Virus record (IMG/VR): IMGVR_UViG_3300033145_001155
Span: 1-61,758 of that record
Origin: a virus
Lineage: Duplodnaviria > Caudoviricetes
Strand: one strand, 5' to 3'
Length of the DNA: 61,758 nt
Shown here: positions 27,474 to 36,353 of the stretch, in pieces
Layout: each line of letters begins with the position of its first letter
Position numbering within the stretch: the first letter of the stretch is position 1
Program-made: the position numbers and the translations under genes
The notes under the pieces: generated by a model
Databases searched by the model: none
The model's input: the letters and a program-made list of their open reading frames with translations, nothing else
What the model was told of the DNA's origin: nothing

Positions 27474-27792
27474 CTACCAAACCCCTTCGCCCCTCAAGCA
27501 ATACCACATCGTCTGTTTTGCCATCGAATACCTTCACAAATTCTTCGTACATTCTATCCTTGACGAATGTAAGCGTATGAGTATAATCTTTCATCTCCTC
27601 TTTATCCCCAGCCATCAATGCAAGGTGTTTGTTGCGTGCTATCTCAATCACACCATACATGTACTTAGCATCTTTAATGGGGGAACCCTTACGTAGGAAG
27701 CAACCAACAACATACCTACGCATTTGAGTTGCTTGGGCCTCCTCTCTCCAAGATGAATAATGCAGGTTTTCAGTAAATTCTTTCTTATTCAT
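27466..27792 (-). CDS. Hypothetical protein
   Basis: 108 aa; AGGAGG RBS. Confidence 0.7.
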   Translation of the reverse strand: MNKKEFTENLHYSSWREEAQATQMRRYVVGCFLRKGSPIKDAKYMYGVIEIARNKHLALMAGDKEEMKDYTHTLTFVKDRMYEEFVKVFDGKTDDVVLLEGRRGLVDG

Positions 27793-27826
27793 ACCTTCCT
27801 CCTTTCCCTCTTTCTATACTACCCTA

Positions 27827-30481
27827 TTATCCTATCCACTTATGTAGGCTACCCCACCTTTTGCCTACTTTCGGGTCTACCGGTAGTGGCACACTTATCT
27901 GTACCGCGCTTTCCATCACTGCCACTTGTATCGGCACCACCACACTTAACATGTCGTCTCTAACTTCAATCACCAAATCGTCATGCACCTGTATCAGTGG
28001 CCTATACGCCTTCCATCCTTCCTCTCTGCACCACCCCCTATACACTGGCACCAACTGGCCCATCGCTTCCTTTATTACCCCTTGCGCGCCCATCTGTATA
28101 GGTGCGTTACCTGCTTGCCTTTCCGCTTCTGCCCTAACCCATCTGTCAGTGGAACGTATGTTCGGTATGAGCCGCATACGGCCCCACATGTCGCGCACAT
28201 ACCCATAACGCCTTGCATATATACATGTGTTCTTCATATAGGCCGCAACACCTTTGTACACGTCAAACCACGCGCGTATTAGGTCAGCACACGCACCTAC
28301 AGGCCAATCCTCTTCCTTTGCCCCACCGCTTATCATTTCCCTCTGCAGTCCCCTATCAGACAAACCATTTAAGATACCAAATCCCACTCGCTTCGATGGA
28401 TACCTGTGTTTCATTTCATCTACATCTTGCTCCTTTATACCGAACATACGTGCCGCCGTTTGTGTGTGTATGTCCAGGTCGTTATGGAAGATGCGCAACA
28501 TTTCCGGGTCTTGGCTATCGTGTGCAGTAACCCTTAATTCAACCTGTGAGTAGTCATTGCTAAGGTACGTGTACCCCTCGTCCGCAACAAACCCGTTCCT
28601 TATTTCACGTCCTTCTGCCGTCCGCACCGGCTGAGCCATTAGGTTCGGTGAACTGCTCGCTAAACGCCCGGTAATTACCCGTGTCATCCGTAGTGTGGTA
28701 TGCACTCGCCCATCAGCACTTTGTTCCGCCTTGCCCGGCAACACGTTTATATAGCTGGACTGCAGTTTATCATACCCGCGCCAGTCACGCACCATCTGCA
28801 CCACGGGTGATGCATCTACCAAGCGTGCCAGTACTTTCTCACTCGTGCTATTACCACCCTTACCCGTCTTTACCCCTGCCTTAAGTTTTAACCGCTTAAA
28901 GAGTAGGTCCGACATCTGTGGGTAGGAACCTGGGTTAACCGCTGCTCCACCCGCGTACTTGTTACTTATTACCCCCGCTATGTCATCCTTACGCCGTGTA
29001 AACGTGTCGTTCAACTTCACAAAGTGTTGTTTGTCTATACCCATGCCGCTCGCCATCATGTCGCATATCATCGGTGCGGCACGCATATCTCGTTCCAACG
29101 TAGGTGTTAAGCCCCAGCTTTCTATACGTGGGGCAAGTACCGCATGTAACCGTAGCGTTGCGTCCGCATCACGTGCCGCATACCATGTCGCTACAGCGCT
29201 GGGTACGTCACCCAGGTCTGCTACTGGCATTGGGCCTAACACTGCCTGTACTGCCTCCGCACCCCCGTCCTTCACCGCCTTGTCCCATCGGGGTCTTGGG
29301 TCGGCCTTGCCCGCCTCGACGTCCCTCAGTATTGCGTGTACCCTACGGCTGACGTTTTGGGGCTGACGCACGTGTGGTGCCCGCTCCCCATCCTTCATTT
29401 TCCACTCCAGAATGGGTTCGGGGTCAGGCCATGTTGCCTCGGCAACACGTTTTAGGTAGGCCAGTGCCTTTGCCCAGGACGCTTGGCCGATAACCTCGTC
29501 GTAGTCCTGCATGATCATACAAAGGTGGCGTGCGGCTAAGGCCTTCAAACCTTGTGACTCTGTCTGCAGCAGGTAGGCCATGCTCATAGTGTCAGTAAAG
29601 ATGGTAGGATGTATGTCCACCTGGGCGAGCACAGGCAGATCGAATAACACACTATGAAAGATGGTTGTGGTGGCAGGGTTAGCCAGGTGTTTAGCCAATA
29701 CGGCCAGGGCCTGAGTAGCGTGCTTTGGTATTACATAGGCACGGCCCGGTGTGAGGGCGAACGACAGACACCAAAACCGGTCCTTGTATGGGCCCGTGGT
29801 TTCGGTATCAACCGCTATGTGATGCGGCATACCAATAAATTGTTCTTCATGCAGGTGGGTTACCAGCTCGTACCTTTCCTTACCTGCCCAAGGGTCCACC
29901 CTGGGTTGAGGCTTAAGTTTGCTGTGCACCACATCGGCCAACACCTTAAAGTCCTGCTGAACCATAGCCATGACGGTCGGTTCATGTTTACCTGCGGCTG
30001 GGTGGTACACAGGTACGACAATAGTAGGTATTCCTTCCTCACCCAGAGGTATTTCGACCGGTATGCCGTGTACCACCTCCATATTGACGTCGCCCAGGAA
30101 GTAGCGGGCAGCAATGCGGCCGACGGCAGCTACCACACGTGGTTGGATAGTACTGAGTTCTTCGCGTAGCCACAGGGTGCAACGCTTAATTTCACCGGGC
30201 TTTGGGTCCTCGTTACCCGGCGGGTGACACTTTACTATGTTGGTAATGAAACAGGTGTGACGTGGCATACCGTTGCGGATTAACAGGTGGGTTATTTCAC
30301 GTCCGGTCTGGGCGTACTCATAGAAAGGCGTACCGTGCTTGTCTTCTTCCTCGCCAGGTGATTCACCAACTAACATGGTGCGGGCGTTGGTAGGGCCGAT
30401 GCCCCAGACGTTCTGCTTGGCGTTCTGCCATAAGGGGCAGCGCCTACAGTGAGTGGTGAGCTGTAATTGGTCAGTCATCAT
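27827..30481 (-). CDS. polA: Family A DNA polymerase with N-terminal family-4 uracil-DNA glycosylase and 3'-5' exonuclease domains
   Basis: UDG: CRRC, VGESPG..ED..G.PF, TNIVKC.PP.N..P...EI..C, YHPAA. Exo: DTET, YAARDA. Pol: TGRLASSSPNL, motif A DYSQVELR, motif B RYPSKRVGFGILNG, motif C VHDD. Confidence 0.95.
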   Translation of the reverse strand: MMTDQLQLTTHCRRCPLWQNAKQNVWGIGPTNARTMLVGESPGEEEDKHGTPFYEYAQTGREITHLLIRNGMPRHTCFITNIVKCHPPGNEDPKPGEIKRCTLWLREELSTIQPRVVAAVGRIAARYFLGDVNMEVVHGIPVEIPLGEEGIPTIVVPVYHPAAGKHEPTVMAMVQQDFKVLADVVHSKLKPQPRVDPWAGKERYELVTHLHEEQFIGMPHHIAVDTETTGPYKDRFWCLSFALTPGRAYVIPKHATQALAVLAKHLANPATTTIFHSVLFDLPVLAQVDIHPTIFTDTMSMAYLLQTESQGLKALAARHLCMIMQDYDEVIGQASWAKALAYLKRVAEATWPDPEPILEWKMKDGERAPHVRQPQNVSRRVHAILRDVEAGKADPRPRWDKAVKDGGAEAVQAVLGPMPVADLGDVPSAVATWYAARDADATLRLHAVLAPRIESWGLTPTLERDMRAAPMICDMMASGMGIDKQHFVKLNDTFTRRKDDIAGVISNKYAGGAAVNPGSYPQMSDLLFKRLKLKAGVKTGKGGNSTSEKVLARLVDASPVVQMVRDWRGYDKLQSSYINVLPGKAEQSADGRVHTTLRMTRVITGRLASSSPNLMAQPVRTAEGREIRNGFVADEGYTYLSNDYSQVELRVTAHDSQDPEMLRIFHNDLDIHTQTAARMFGIKEQDVDEMKHRYPSKRVGFGILNGLSDRGLQREMISGGAKEEDWPVGACADLIRAWFDVYKGVAAYMKNTCIYARRYGYVRDMWGRMRLIPNIRSTDRWVRAEAERQAGNAPIQMGAQGVIKEAMGQLVPVYRGWCREEGWKAYRPLIQVHDDLVIEVRDDMLSVVVPIQVAVMESAVQISVPLPVDPKVGKRWGSLHKWIG

Positions 30482-30518
30482 CCACCAACTTTTTAAATAT
30501 CATCTCCAACCTATTCAA

Positions 30519-30662
30519 TCAGTCGTCCATACCAGTGTACTCATGCTTGTTAGTCAACCACTGTAGGAAGTCCAGACGTTCCTTATCATTCAGCAGGATA
30601 TATCCTCCATAGTTGAGAATGGGTTCGGCCTTCCCCTCGTTTATGTTAGCTCTATATCGCAT
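30519..30662 (-). CDS. 47-aa hypothetical protein, not in ORF track
   Basis: MRYRANINEGKAEPILNYGG...; weak RBS. Confidence 0.4.
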   Translation of the reverse strand: MRYRANINEGKAEPILNYGGYILLNDKERLDFLQWLTNKHEYTGMDD

Positions 30663-30668
30663 CACATC

Positions 30669-30757
30669 TGGCCCTTGCTACCTAAGCCCCGCTGAGTGTC
30701 GTAGCAAGACGTACTCTGGGCTTGTGTCGGCCAAGCAGAGGAGAAGGCCGAGGGCTA
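30669..30757 (-). ncRNA. Candidate structured RNA (three-way junction plus pseudoknot)
   Basis: Intergenic; stems GCCC/GGGC, UCGGCC/GGCCGA, AAGCCC/GGGCUU, GAGU/ACUC; loop UUGCUAC complementary to downstream GUAGCAA. Confidence 0.45.
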
Positions 30758-31348
30758 TTTACTGTCGTCGGGTAGTACAAACTCTGCTACTTGCTTCGCC
30801 TGATGCTTAAGTGATTTAAATATTGCCTCTGCGTCCGGCCCTCGCGCTTCGATGAAGAAGTTGTGGCACGTCATACCACAATACATGCGCTTCTCACCGT
30901 CCCTTATGTAGTGGTTAATGGCAACTATGTACCACTTATCGAGCGGCGGCTCCTCCCAGGGCATACGCCATTGTACACTGGGCGGCGTCTCGCGCGGAAC
31001 CCATGTGGCGTCACTGTAGCTGGGCACTACTGTGGCCCCTGCCGCGTGGGCAACGTTTAGCTCGTCTCGCGTACCGTCGCTATCCTCCCAACCCGGCAGT
31101 AACTTAAAAGTACCACACATGCGGGCCAGTTCCAAGTGCCCTGCCATAAGTATGTCCTCGTTTACATCCATGTCAACCATAGGGCCACCGTTTAGGTGTG
31201 GGCATATTACCACATAACCACTACGCCACCCGTCCGCCGCCACTACTTTTGCTGCATGCACGTTGGCATCAAATTCCTCTTTTGACCGTGCCCGCATAGG
31301 CCCACCCACATACATTAAGCGTTTGCTACCTGCTGTTAGTTTATCCAT
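30755..31348 (-). CDS. DUF4406/DUF1937-like (nucleoside deoxyribosyltransferase-like fold) protein with extra C-terminal domain
   Basis: YVGGPM...ICPH...LLPGWEDSDGTRDE motif; C-terminal ~65 aa resembles ORF 38357..38572. Confidence 0.7.
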   Translation of the reverse strand: MDKLTAGSKRLMYVGGPMRARSKEEFDANVHAAKVVAADGWRSGYVVICPHLNGGPMVDMDVNEDILMAGHLELARMCGTFKLLPGWEDSDGTRDELNVAHAAGATVVPSYSDATWVPRETPPSVQWRMPWEEPPLDKWYIVAINHYIRDGEKRMYCGMTCHNFFIEARGPDAEAIFKSLKHQAKQVAEFVLPDDSK

Positions 31349-31362
31349 CCGTTGTTACCCCT

Positions 31363-32112
31363 TTACCCTTTGTCTGACAAGTGTTTAACCACGTTCTCCG
31401 CTATTACTTTGCCCACACCAGGTACATCCTTCAATTTCTTTTTCGCGTCGCGCGCTAACATTGCTACCAACATAGCCCTGGCGCTACCAAAGTGTTTCGC
31501 TATCGCCTCTGCCTTATCCCATCCCACGTCCTTAAACTCTTTAGCCAACCTTACTGCCAACGTAGGTTTACTCAGGTACGCGTGCGGGGGAGACGGTGTA
31601 TGTGCGGCCATGTGTGATCTGTGCTTATCCCACGGCTTCTGCCACCAGTGATATGTATCGCTCAACCAACGCGCGCTATGGTCCGGCCCATCCGTGCGCC
31701 AGATGTAGACGCCGCAGGCCACGGCCAATGTGTTGAGGAAATTACCTACTTCCTTCGCCATGAAGCGGCGTTGCCCTAAGGTAGCTGGTTGCCATTTCCC
31801 TTTGCCCACCCACCTCTCCAATATGCCGTCCCTCTGACGGGGCCTCCACAACCCCTCCACCAACAAATATACTACATCATACTCTGCAAGCAAGCCAATA
31901 AGTTGATGGCCGCTGAGCCTGCCCGTCGTCATGGAGGATAGTAAGTCCATGACGGTCTTACGTTCGATGCCTATGGTAGATATGGTGTCGTTGGGGCCGA
32001 AGCCAATGAAGTGAAAGTCAGCATAAGGAAGACGGGTGATCTGGCGTGGAGTGGACTTGGGTATGAGTGGAGCAAGCTCCGCAGAGCCTTTGCGGTCATC
32101 CACGTATATCAT
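31363..32112 (-). CDS. ERCC4/XPF-type nuclease with C-terminal HhH
   Basis: IYVDDR, ADF, GIERKTVMDL, LLVEG, VPGVGKVIA. Confidence 0.88.
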   Translation of the reverse strand: MIYVDDRKGSAELAPLIPKSTPRQITRLPYADFHFIGFGPNDTISTIGIERKTVMDLLSSMTTGRLSGHQLIGLLAEYDVVYLLVEGLWRPRQRDGILERWVGKGKWQPATLGQRRFMAKEVGNFLNTLAVACGVYIWRTDGPDHSARWLSDTYHWWQKPWDKHRSHMAAHTPSPPHAYLSKPTLAVRLAKEFKDVGWDKAEAIAKHFGSARAMLVAMLARDAKKKLKDVPGVGKVIAENVVKHLSDKG

Positions 32113-32297
32113 TCGTCCTCCTTTATTAGTCCCGCTACCACATCAGATATAACATTTATTAAAGCAGGCTCGGAGATAAACACGCTTTTAATACTGCCTT
32201 TATTTGTCTGCTGTATAGGGTGAGCGCGGCTCCATTCCATAGTGGCCTTTATCCATTCCTTGCTGCCTTCATATACTAACACGCGTACAACTTTCAT
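32109..32297 (-). CDS. Hypothetical protein
   Basis: 62 aa; ATGA overlap. Confidence 0.65.
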   Translation of the reverse strand: MKVVRVLVYEGSKEWIKATMEWSRAHPIQQTNKGSIKSVFISEPALINVISDVVAGLIKEDE

Positions 32298-32321
32298 ATG
32301 CTACCCCCTCATTGAATTGGT

Positions 32322-32603
32322 TTAGCCGTCAACAAACTTTTTTAGTATATCCCCATGACAAGGCTTTGGCGAGCACCAACAACCGAGAATTTTATCTTTC
32401 AACTCTACTTTAGCTTCTGAGAGTATTGGTCGTCTTTGACTATTAGGGGCTGATCTTATACCTAATAACCATTCTTCATATTTTTCTATGACTTCTTTTC
32501 TATCCCCGTGAGTATTTACAAGGAATGGATTTCCCCACTTGGACGGCCTGCCAATGTACACGTCATAAGGCCCCTTCTTACAATGTACTACTGTGGTAGC
32601 CAT
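32322..32603 (-). CDS. DUF4326-family protein
   Basis: DVYIGRPSKWGNPF...LGCWCSPKPCHGDIL. Confidence 0.9.
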   Translation of the reverse strand: MATTVVHCKKGPYDVYIGRPSKWGNPFLVNTHGDRKEVIEKYEEWLLGIRSAPNSQRRPILSEAKVELKDKILGCWCSPKPCHGDILKKFVDG

Positions 32604-32615
32604 GCGTTGTCCTCC

Positions 32616-33431
32616 TTATTCTGCCCCCCAATCTGCTGGGCTTGTACCTTCTATTACCATGCTCGCCAAGAAAGGAAAGGTGCACATAGGTTCTCCCATA
32701 TCTTCCCCAGCAAGCAAGGGGTTATGCCTGCAGTCGCGCACGTGTAGGTGGAACGCACCCGGTAGGATTTTCCCATTCTCATCCGTGATCGCCTCTTCCC
32801 TCCACATCTGGCAGTTGACTTGCGCCAAATACCCTGTATCGCCAAACCCGGCCCGTTCATACTCCCCATTAAACTTGTCATTGACGTACACCTTACGCAT
32901 CTTGTGCAGCATCACCAGATTCTTGTTGCTTTTGTATGCGGCACGTATGAGCGCGCGAAATTCGGCGTTAACCGGTGCATACTGGAATGGCATAGCAGGT
33001 TTAGTGCCGAACCGCGCCATACGGATTAATTCCCACAGTTCGCTGGAAGTGTCGAACACTATGCTGCATATGTCTTTGCGCGCCAGCATGGTATGGTAAG
33101 AACCGATGAAGGACTTTTTATACTGCGCCGGTGTCACACTGCCACCCTTAACACACCCATCCCATAGCTCTTCTGCCATGTCTTGACTTTTTGGCACCGT
33201 CATGTCCTTACGTATGATACGCTTACCTTCGGTTATAAATTTCTGCACTACACCTTCGTCGCCCATATCAATGGAAAAGTAAGCTAATGGGTCAGGTGCA
33301 GTGAGGCCAAAGTGTGTCTTGCCTTCCTTCTCCATACCGCAGGCCGATACGATTAAGCGCTGTGCCAGTTCAGCAGATGCCCACTCAAATCCGGCATCGG
33401 TTAATTCCTTGTCTAACTTTTTGTCTACCAT
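32616..33431 (-). CDS. P-loop ATPase (Sak4/AAA_24-like ssDNA-annealing protein)
   Basis: Walker A GMEKEGKT, Walker B SIVFDT; clustered with Cas4-like nuclease and SSB-like genes. Confidence 0.7.
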   Translation of the reverse strand: MVDKKLDKELTDAGFEWASAELAQRLIVSACGMEKEGKTHFGLTAPDPLAYFSIDMGDEGVVQKFITEGKRIIRKDMTVPKSQDMAEELWDGCVKGGSVTPAQYKKSFIGSYHTMLARKDICSIVFDTSSELWELIRMARFGTKPAMPFQYAPVNAEFRALIRAAYKSNKNLVMLHKMRKVYVNDKFNGEYERAGFGDTGYLAQVNCQMWREEAITDENGKILPGAFHLHVRDCRHNPLLAGEDMGEPMCTFPFLASMVIEGTSPADWGAE

Positions 33432-33445
33432 CCGCTGCTACCTCC

Positions 33446-34072
33446 TTAGCGTACCGTTACGGGTTTCATTTCTTCCGCGTACTCCGTTATCATCCGCCAG
33501 TTCTCATATAACTCCCTTTCCGTGTAGGCTATGCGAGCTACCCTGTACAGAGGCCCGCTACCTTTGTAATTGCCCATGATGTGACATATGCGCATTACCA
33601 CCGTGTCCAACCCTAACATGTGACAGTAGGACTTACACTGCGTCATCCAATACCAGTTGGTACTTGGGCTGTTCTTACTAGACTTCCACGTAAACTTGTA
33701 CTCTTCCAACACCACCTTGCCCGGTATAGGTGGCACGACCAAGGTAGGTTTGCCGTCAACCGTCTTTACTACCCCTGTGTCAGGACCCTTGCCGTCCGGG
33801 CTACCGATAATGTCGTCCTTCTCCACCTCACCTATGCGTACCGCATGTCGGTTTGCGTGTACCATACCGAGCATTTCCTCCCACCAAAAACCAACCTCCA
33901 TCGTCAGGTCCCTATCCTCAAATCCGTTACCCTTGTAATGTCGGTCGAGGCGGTGCTCTATGGCGTGTATGACGTCGGTTAAATGTAGTTTGCCCTTGGT
34001 GCCACCAGACGGGGTACGTGGGACACCACTGCCGCGCGGGATAAAAGGTTCGTCTATCATCACACATTCCAA
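33446..34072 (-). CDS. PD-(D/E)XK exonuclease (Cas4-like, solo)
   Basis: GSPDG...LEEYKFT...TQCKSY. Confidence 0.8.
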   Translation of the reverse strand: MECVMIDEPFIPRGSGVPRTPSGGTKGKLHLTDVIHAIEHRLDRHYKGNGFEDRDLTMEVGFWWEEMLGMVHANRHAVRIGEVEKDDIIGSPDGKGPDTGVVKTVDGKPTLVVPPIPGKVVLEEYKFTWKSSKNSPSTNWYWMTQCKSYCHMLGLDTVVMRICHIMGNYKGSGPLYRVARIAYTERELYENWRMITEYAEEMKPVTVR

Positions 34073-34242
34073 TACTCTCCCTCCTTCTCCTGTTCCTCCA
34101 GTTCGTCCAAGATAACCTGCTCACCTGCCTGCTCAAACAACGCCTTTATGTCGTCCACCTCCCAAATTATCCGCCCTCGCAGGTTGTTTAACCTTTCATA
34201 AAAGGCGTCACGCAGCCTCTGTCTGTAGTCGGAAATACGCAT
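34060..34242 (-). CDS. Hypothetical protein
   Basis: 60 aa; TAATG coupling with thyX. Confidence 0.65.
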   Translation of the reverse strand: MRISDYRQRLRDAFYERLNNLRGRIIWEVDDIKALFEQAGEQVILDELEEQEKEGEYWNV

Positions 34243-34898
34243 TAGAACACCTCCGGTATACGCTTGTGCATCTCCTGACTTAGTGGTATCATTACTTCAC
34301 GCATCTGCGGGTGAGCGGCCTTACCGCAACGCAAGCTAAATATGTGCTGCCACTCACGGAAGTTGGCGGTTACCACTATTTCTGTTTTGAGGCTGTTTGG
34401 TAATACCGAGCGTGCTTGTTGAGGAGTCCATCCATCTGTTAGAAGAGAGATGTAGCGCAACTCCTGGTCCCTTAAAGAGTTGAACCACATACCATCTGCA
34501 TTCATATATGAACTCTTTAAGGCGTTGGCATAGTCGTTATACTCCCCGGGTTCTATTGCCACCCATGATGGTATGACGAACGTTACCCCGCCGCCGTAGT
34601 TACAGTACCTGGTACTCTCCTGGCTGAATGCACACAGCCTATGCCTTACCAGCTCGTGGCTTACCCCTCTGTCAATAACAAACCTTACTGTGAGTGCTGA
34701 ATGTTCCAGCACACTATGGTGCCCCCGCCTGTCGATCATGGCCACGAATGCACTCGCACTATCCTTGGTTATCTTATCCTCAGACTTGTAGCAGGTGCGA
34801 CCAGCGTCCTCTATTAAAGCCAGGGGTCCTGCCTTTGATTGCCCTTCACCTTCACCATACACCGCCATGATCTCAGTGCTGGGCTTGACTAATATCAT
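34242..34898 (-). CDS. thyX: FAD-dependent thymidylate synthase
   Basis: GHHSVLEH, SHELVRHR..AFSQESTRY, ARSVLPNS, AHPQMRE. Confidence 0.96.
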   Translation of the reverse strand: MILVKPSTEIMAVYGEGEGQSKAGPLALIEDAGRTCYKSEDKITKDSASAFVAMIDRRGHHSVLEHSALTVRFVIDRGVSHELVRHRLCAFSQESTRYCNYGGGVTFVIPSWVAIEPGEYNDYANALKSSYMNADGMWFNSLRDQELRYISLLTDGWTPQQARSVLPNSLKTEIVVTANFREWQHIFSLRCGKAAHPQMREVMIPLSQEMHKRIPEVF

Positions 34899-35205
34899 AT
34901 ACCTTACCCCCTTCTCCCATTTCCGTTTCAGCCACCTTTACGAATGATGTTTTGCACATGGGACACCATTTTGCGCTTACCGCTACCAACAGTGTACCAC
35001 ATGCTTCACACGGCCTCATACTGCCCATGGGTATGTTTTTCTCCCACGCTACACACCCCTCGCAATAGGGCCACCATGGGCCAGGCAACAGGTTCGATCT
35101 GTAATGGCAGACCTCAACGCTAAACCAGCGCCCATAGTGTTTATCTGTCAGCCTCTTGTCATCAAAACCGTCAAGCCAACGCCTGCAAAATGTAAAGCCG
35201 CGCAT
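34873..35205 (-). CDS. Cys-rich Zn-binding protein
   Basis: CEGC, CEAC, CPMC. Confidence 0.6.
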   Translation of the reverse strand: MRGFTFCRRWLDGFDDKRLTDKHYGRWFSVEVCHYRSNLLPGPWWPYCEGCVAWEKNIPMGSMRPCEACGTLLVAVSAKWCPMCKTSFVKVAETEMGEGGKVYDISQAQH

Positions 35206-35229
35206 TAACCCCCCTGTACGCCGCTTAGA

Positions 35230-35336
35230 GTGCCAACAGACATAGCGCTTTGGTTGTTATCCGCACTATGGGATGCTGATTGCCTATACAACCAACGGCC
35301 TCACTGGTCACATCCCTTCTCATCGTCTGCCGACAC
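35230..35336 (-). ncRNA. Candidate structured RNA downstream of SSB-like gene
   Basis: 12-bp closing stem GUGUCGGCAGAC/GUCUGUUGGCAC, GGGAUG/CAUCCC, UGACCAGUG/CGUUGGUUG, AUAGUGC/GCGCUAU; many G-U pairs that work only on the minus strand. Confidence 0.55.
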
Positions 35337-35356
35337 ACAAGCACGCCTGTTTAACC

Positions 35357-36163
35357 TTAGCCCATCTTTATTACTGTTCCGTCGTACACCCATGGCCCCG
35401 CTGACAGGAAATCTTCCTCGTACACCCGCTTGGCGATCGCGTTGCGGTTGGGGTTGCCGGTCAATTTCTGAAATGCCACCGTCGGTATGGTCTTACGTGG
35501 AATACCGTCATCACCTGCATCGGCTAGCGCTTCCATCATGAACGTGGTTGCCTCTTCATCAATGGGTTGGGCCTCACCCTCTGCCGGAGGTGCCGCTTTG
35601 GTTGGTGCCGCCGCTTTAGCTGTACCCACCCCCGCTGTTTTTGGTGCGCCCGTAGGTTTTGCCTTCTCCCACGGCATATTGTGTATGTCGCTCACGACCA
35701 GGATGGTGTCTTCATACTCCGTTCCGTCTGCCGCCGTCCGTTTGGCTTTTGCCAGCCCAGGACGTTTTGGTGCGGCAACGCGGGACATGTGAGCACGCAA
35801 CCCTTGTAGCTCGCTGATGTCATTCCCCAACTTGTCCTCCGGGAACTTGCAGTCCACCAGGGACTTAAGTAGCACGAACACATTACTACTGGTGCGGATG
35901 GCTGTGGCACTACCCACGGCAACCAACTGCTTGCCGTCGTTGCTCGGTGCCCAATCTTGCGCCCTACCGCAGGACCAGTACTGCGTATGCTCTTCTTTTG
36001 TATCGGGCTCCTCCATTGCCACCTTGAGTGCGGGCACTGGTGCGGGAATTTTGCCATTGTAGTCCCACATCTCAAATGCACATTCCTTCCAGTCTACCGT
36101 TACATCATCCAATAGGCCACCCGCTACTGCTTCGGACGGCTTCAAACTTACGCCTTTGTCCAT
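35357..36163 (-). CDS. Putative ssDNA-binding protein
   Basis: Beta-rich N-domain, Ala/Pro/Lys linker, small C-domain; position in the recombination cluster. Confidence 0.5.
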   Translation of the reverse strand: MDKGVSLKPSEAVAGGLLDDVTVDWKECAFEMWDYNGKIPAPVPALKVAMEEPDTKEEHTQYWSCGRAQDWAPSNDGKQLVAVGSATAIRTSSNVFVLLKSLVDCKFPEDKLGNDISELQGLRAHMSRVAAPKRPGLAKAKRTAADGTEYEDTILVVSDIHNMPWEKAKPTGAPKTAGVGTAKAAAPTKAAPPAEGEAQPIDEEATTFMMEALADAGDDGIPRKTIPTVAFQKLTGNPNRNAIAKRVYEEDFLSAGPWVYDGTVIKMG

Positions 36164-36165
36164 GT

Positions 36166-36330
36166 TTAGTCTCCTTTTTCTTCTTTGTTTGTGTTACCAG
36201 AACCTGCACGTGCCACACAATGCGAACACGTTATACCAACTACATCCTTCGGGTGCTTGTGCTCGCGCTTACCGCCTACTCTTGATACAAACGAACGCTC
36301 CGTGCGCCCGCATTCACATAGCACCGCCAT
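36166..36330 (-). CDS. 54-aa Zn-ribbon protein (CECG...CSHC), not in ORF track
   Basis: GGAGGTG RBS; hand-translated. Confidence 0.7.
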   Translation of the reverse strand: MAVLCECGRTERSFVSRVGGKREHKHPKDVVGITCSHCVARAGSGNTNKEEKGD

Positions 36331-36353
36331 CAGCTCTCACCTCCCTTCATTAC

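Noticed and set aside
30470-30521. Another Sec read-through at the TGA ending the 47-aa ORF before polA
   Set aside because: No SECIS-like hairpin, no Cys-like context, and the extension is only 15 codons.
33446-34072. Cas4 as part of a CRISPR-Cas system
   Set aside because: No other cas genes or array; it sits in a typical Sak4/SSB recombination cluster.
35230-35336. tRNA-Sec or other tRNA
   Set aside because: No T-loop consensus, no 7-nt anticodon loop with UCA, no CCA end. I recognised no tRNA gene anywhere in the window, but tRNAscan-SE/ARAGORN would be needed to exclude one.
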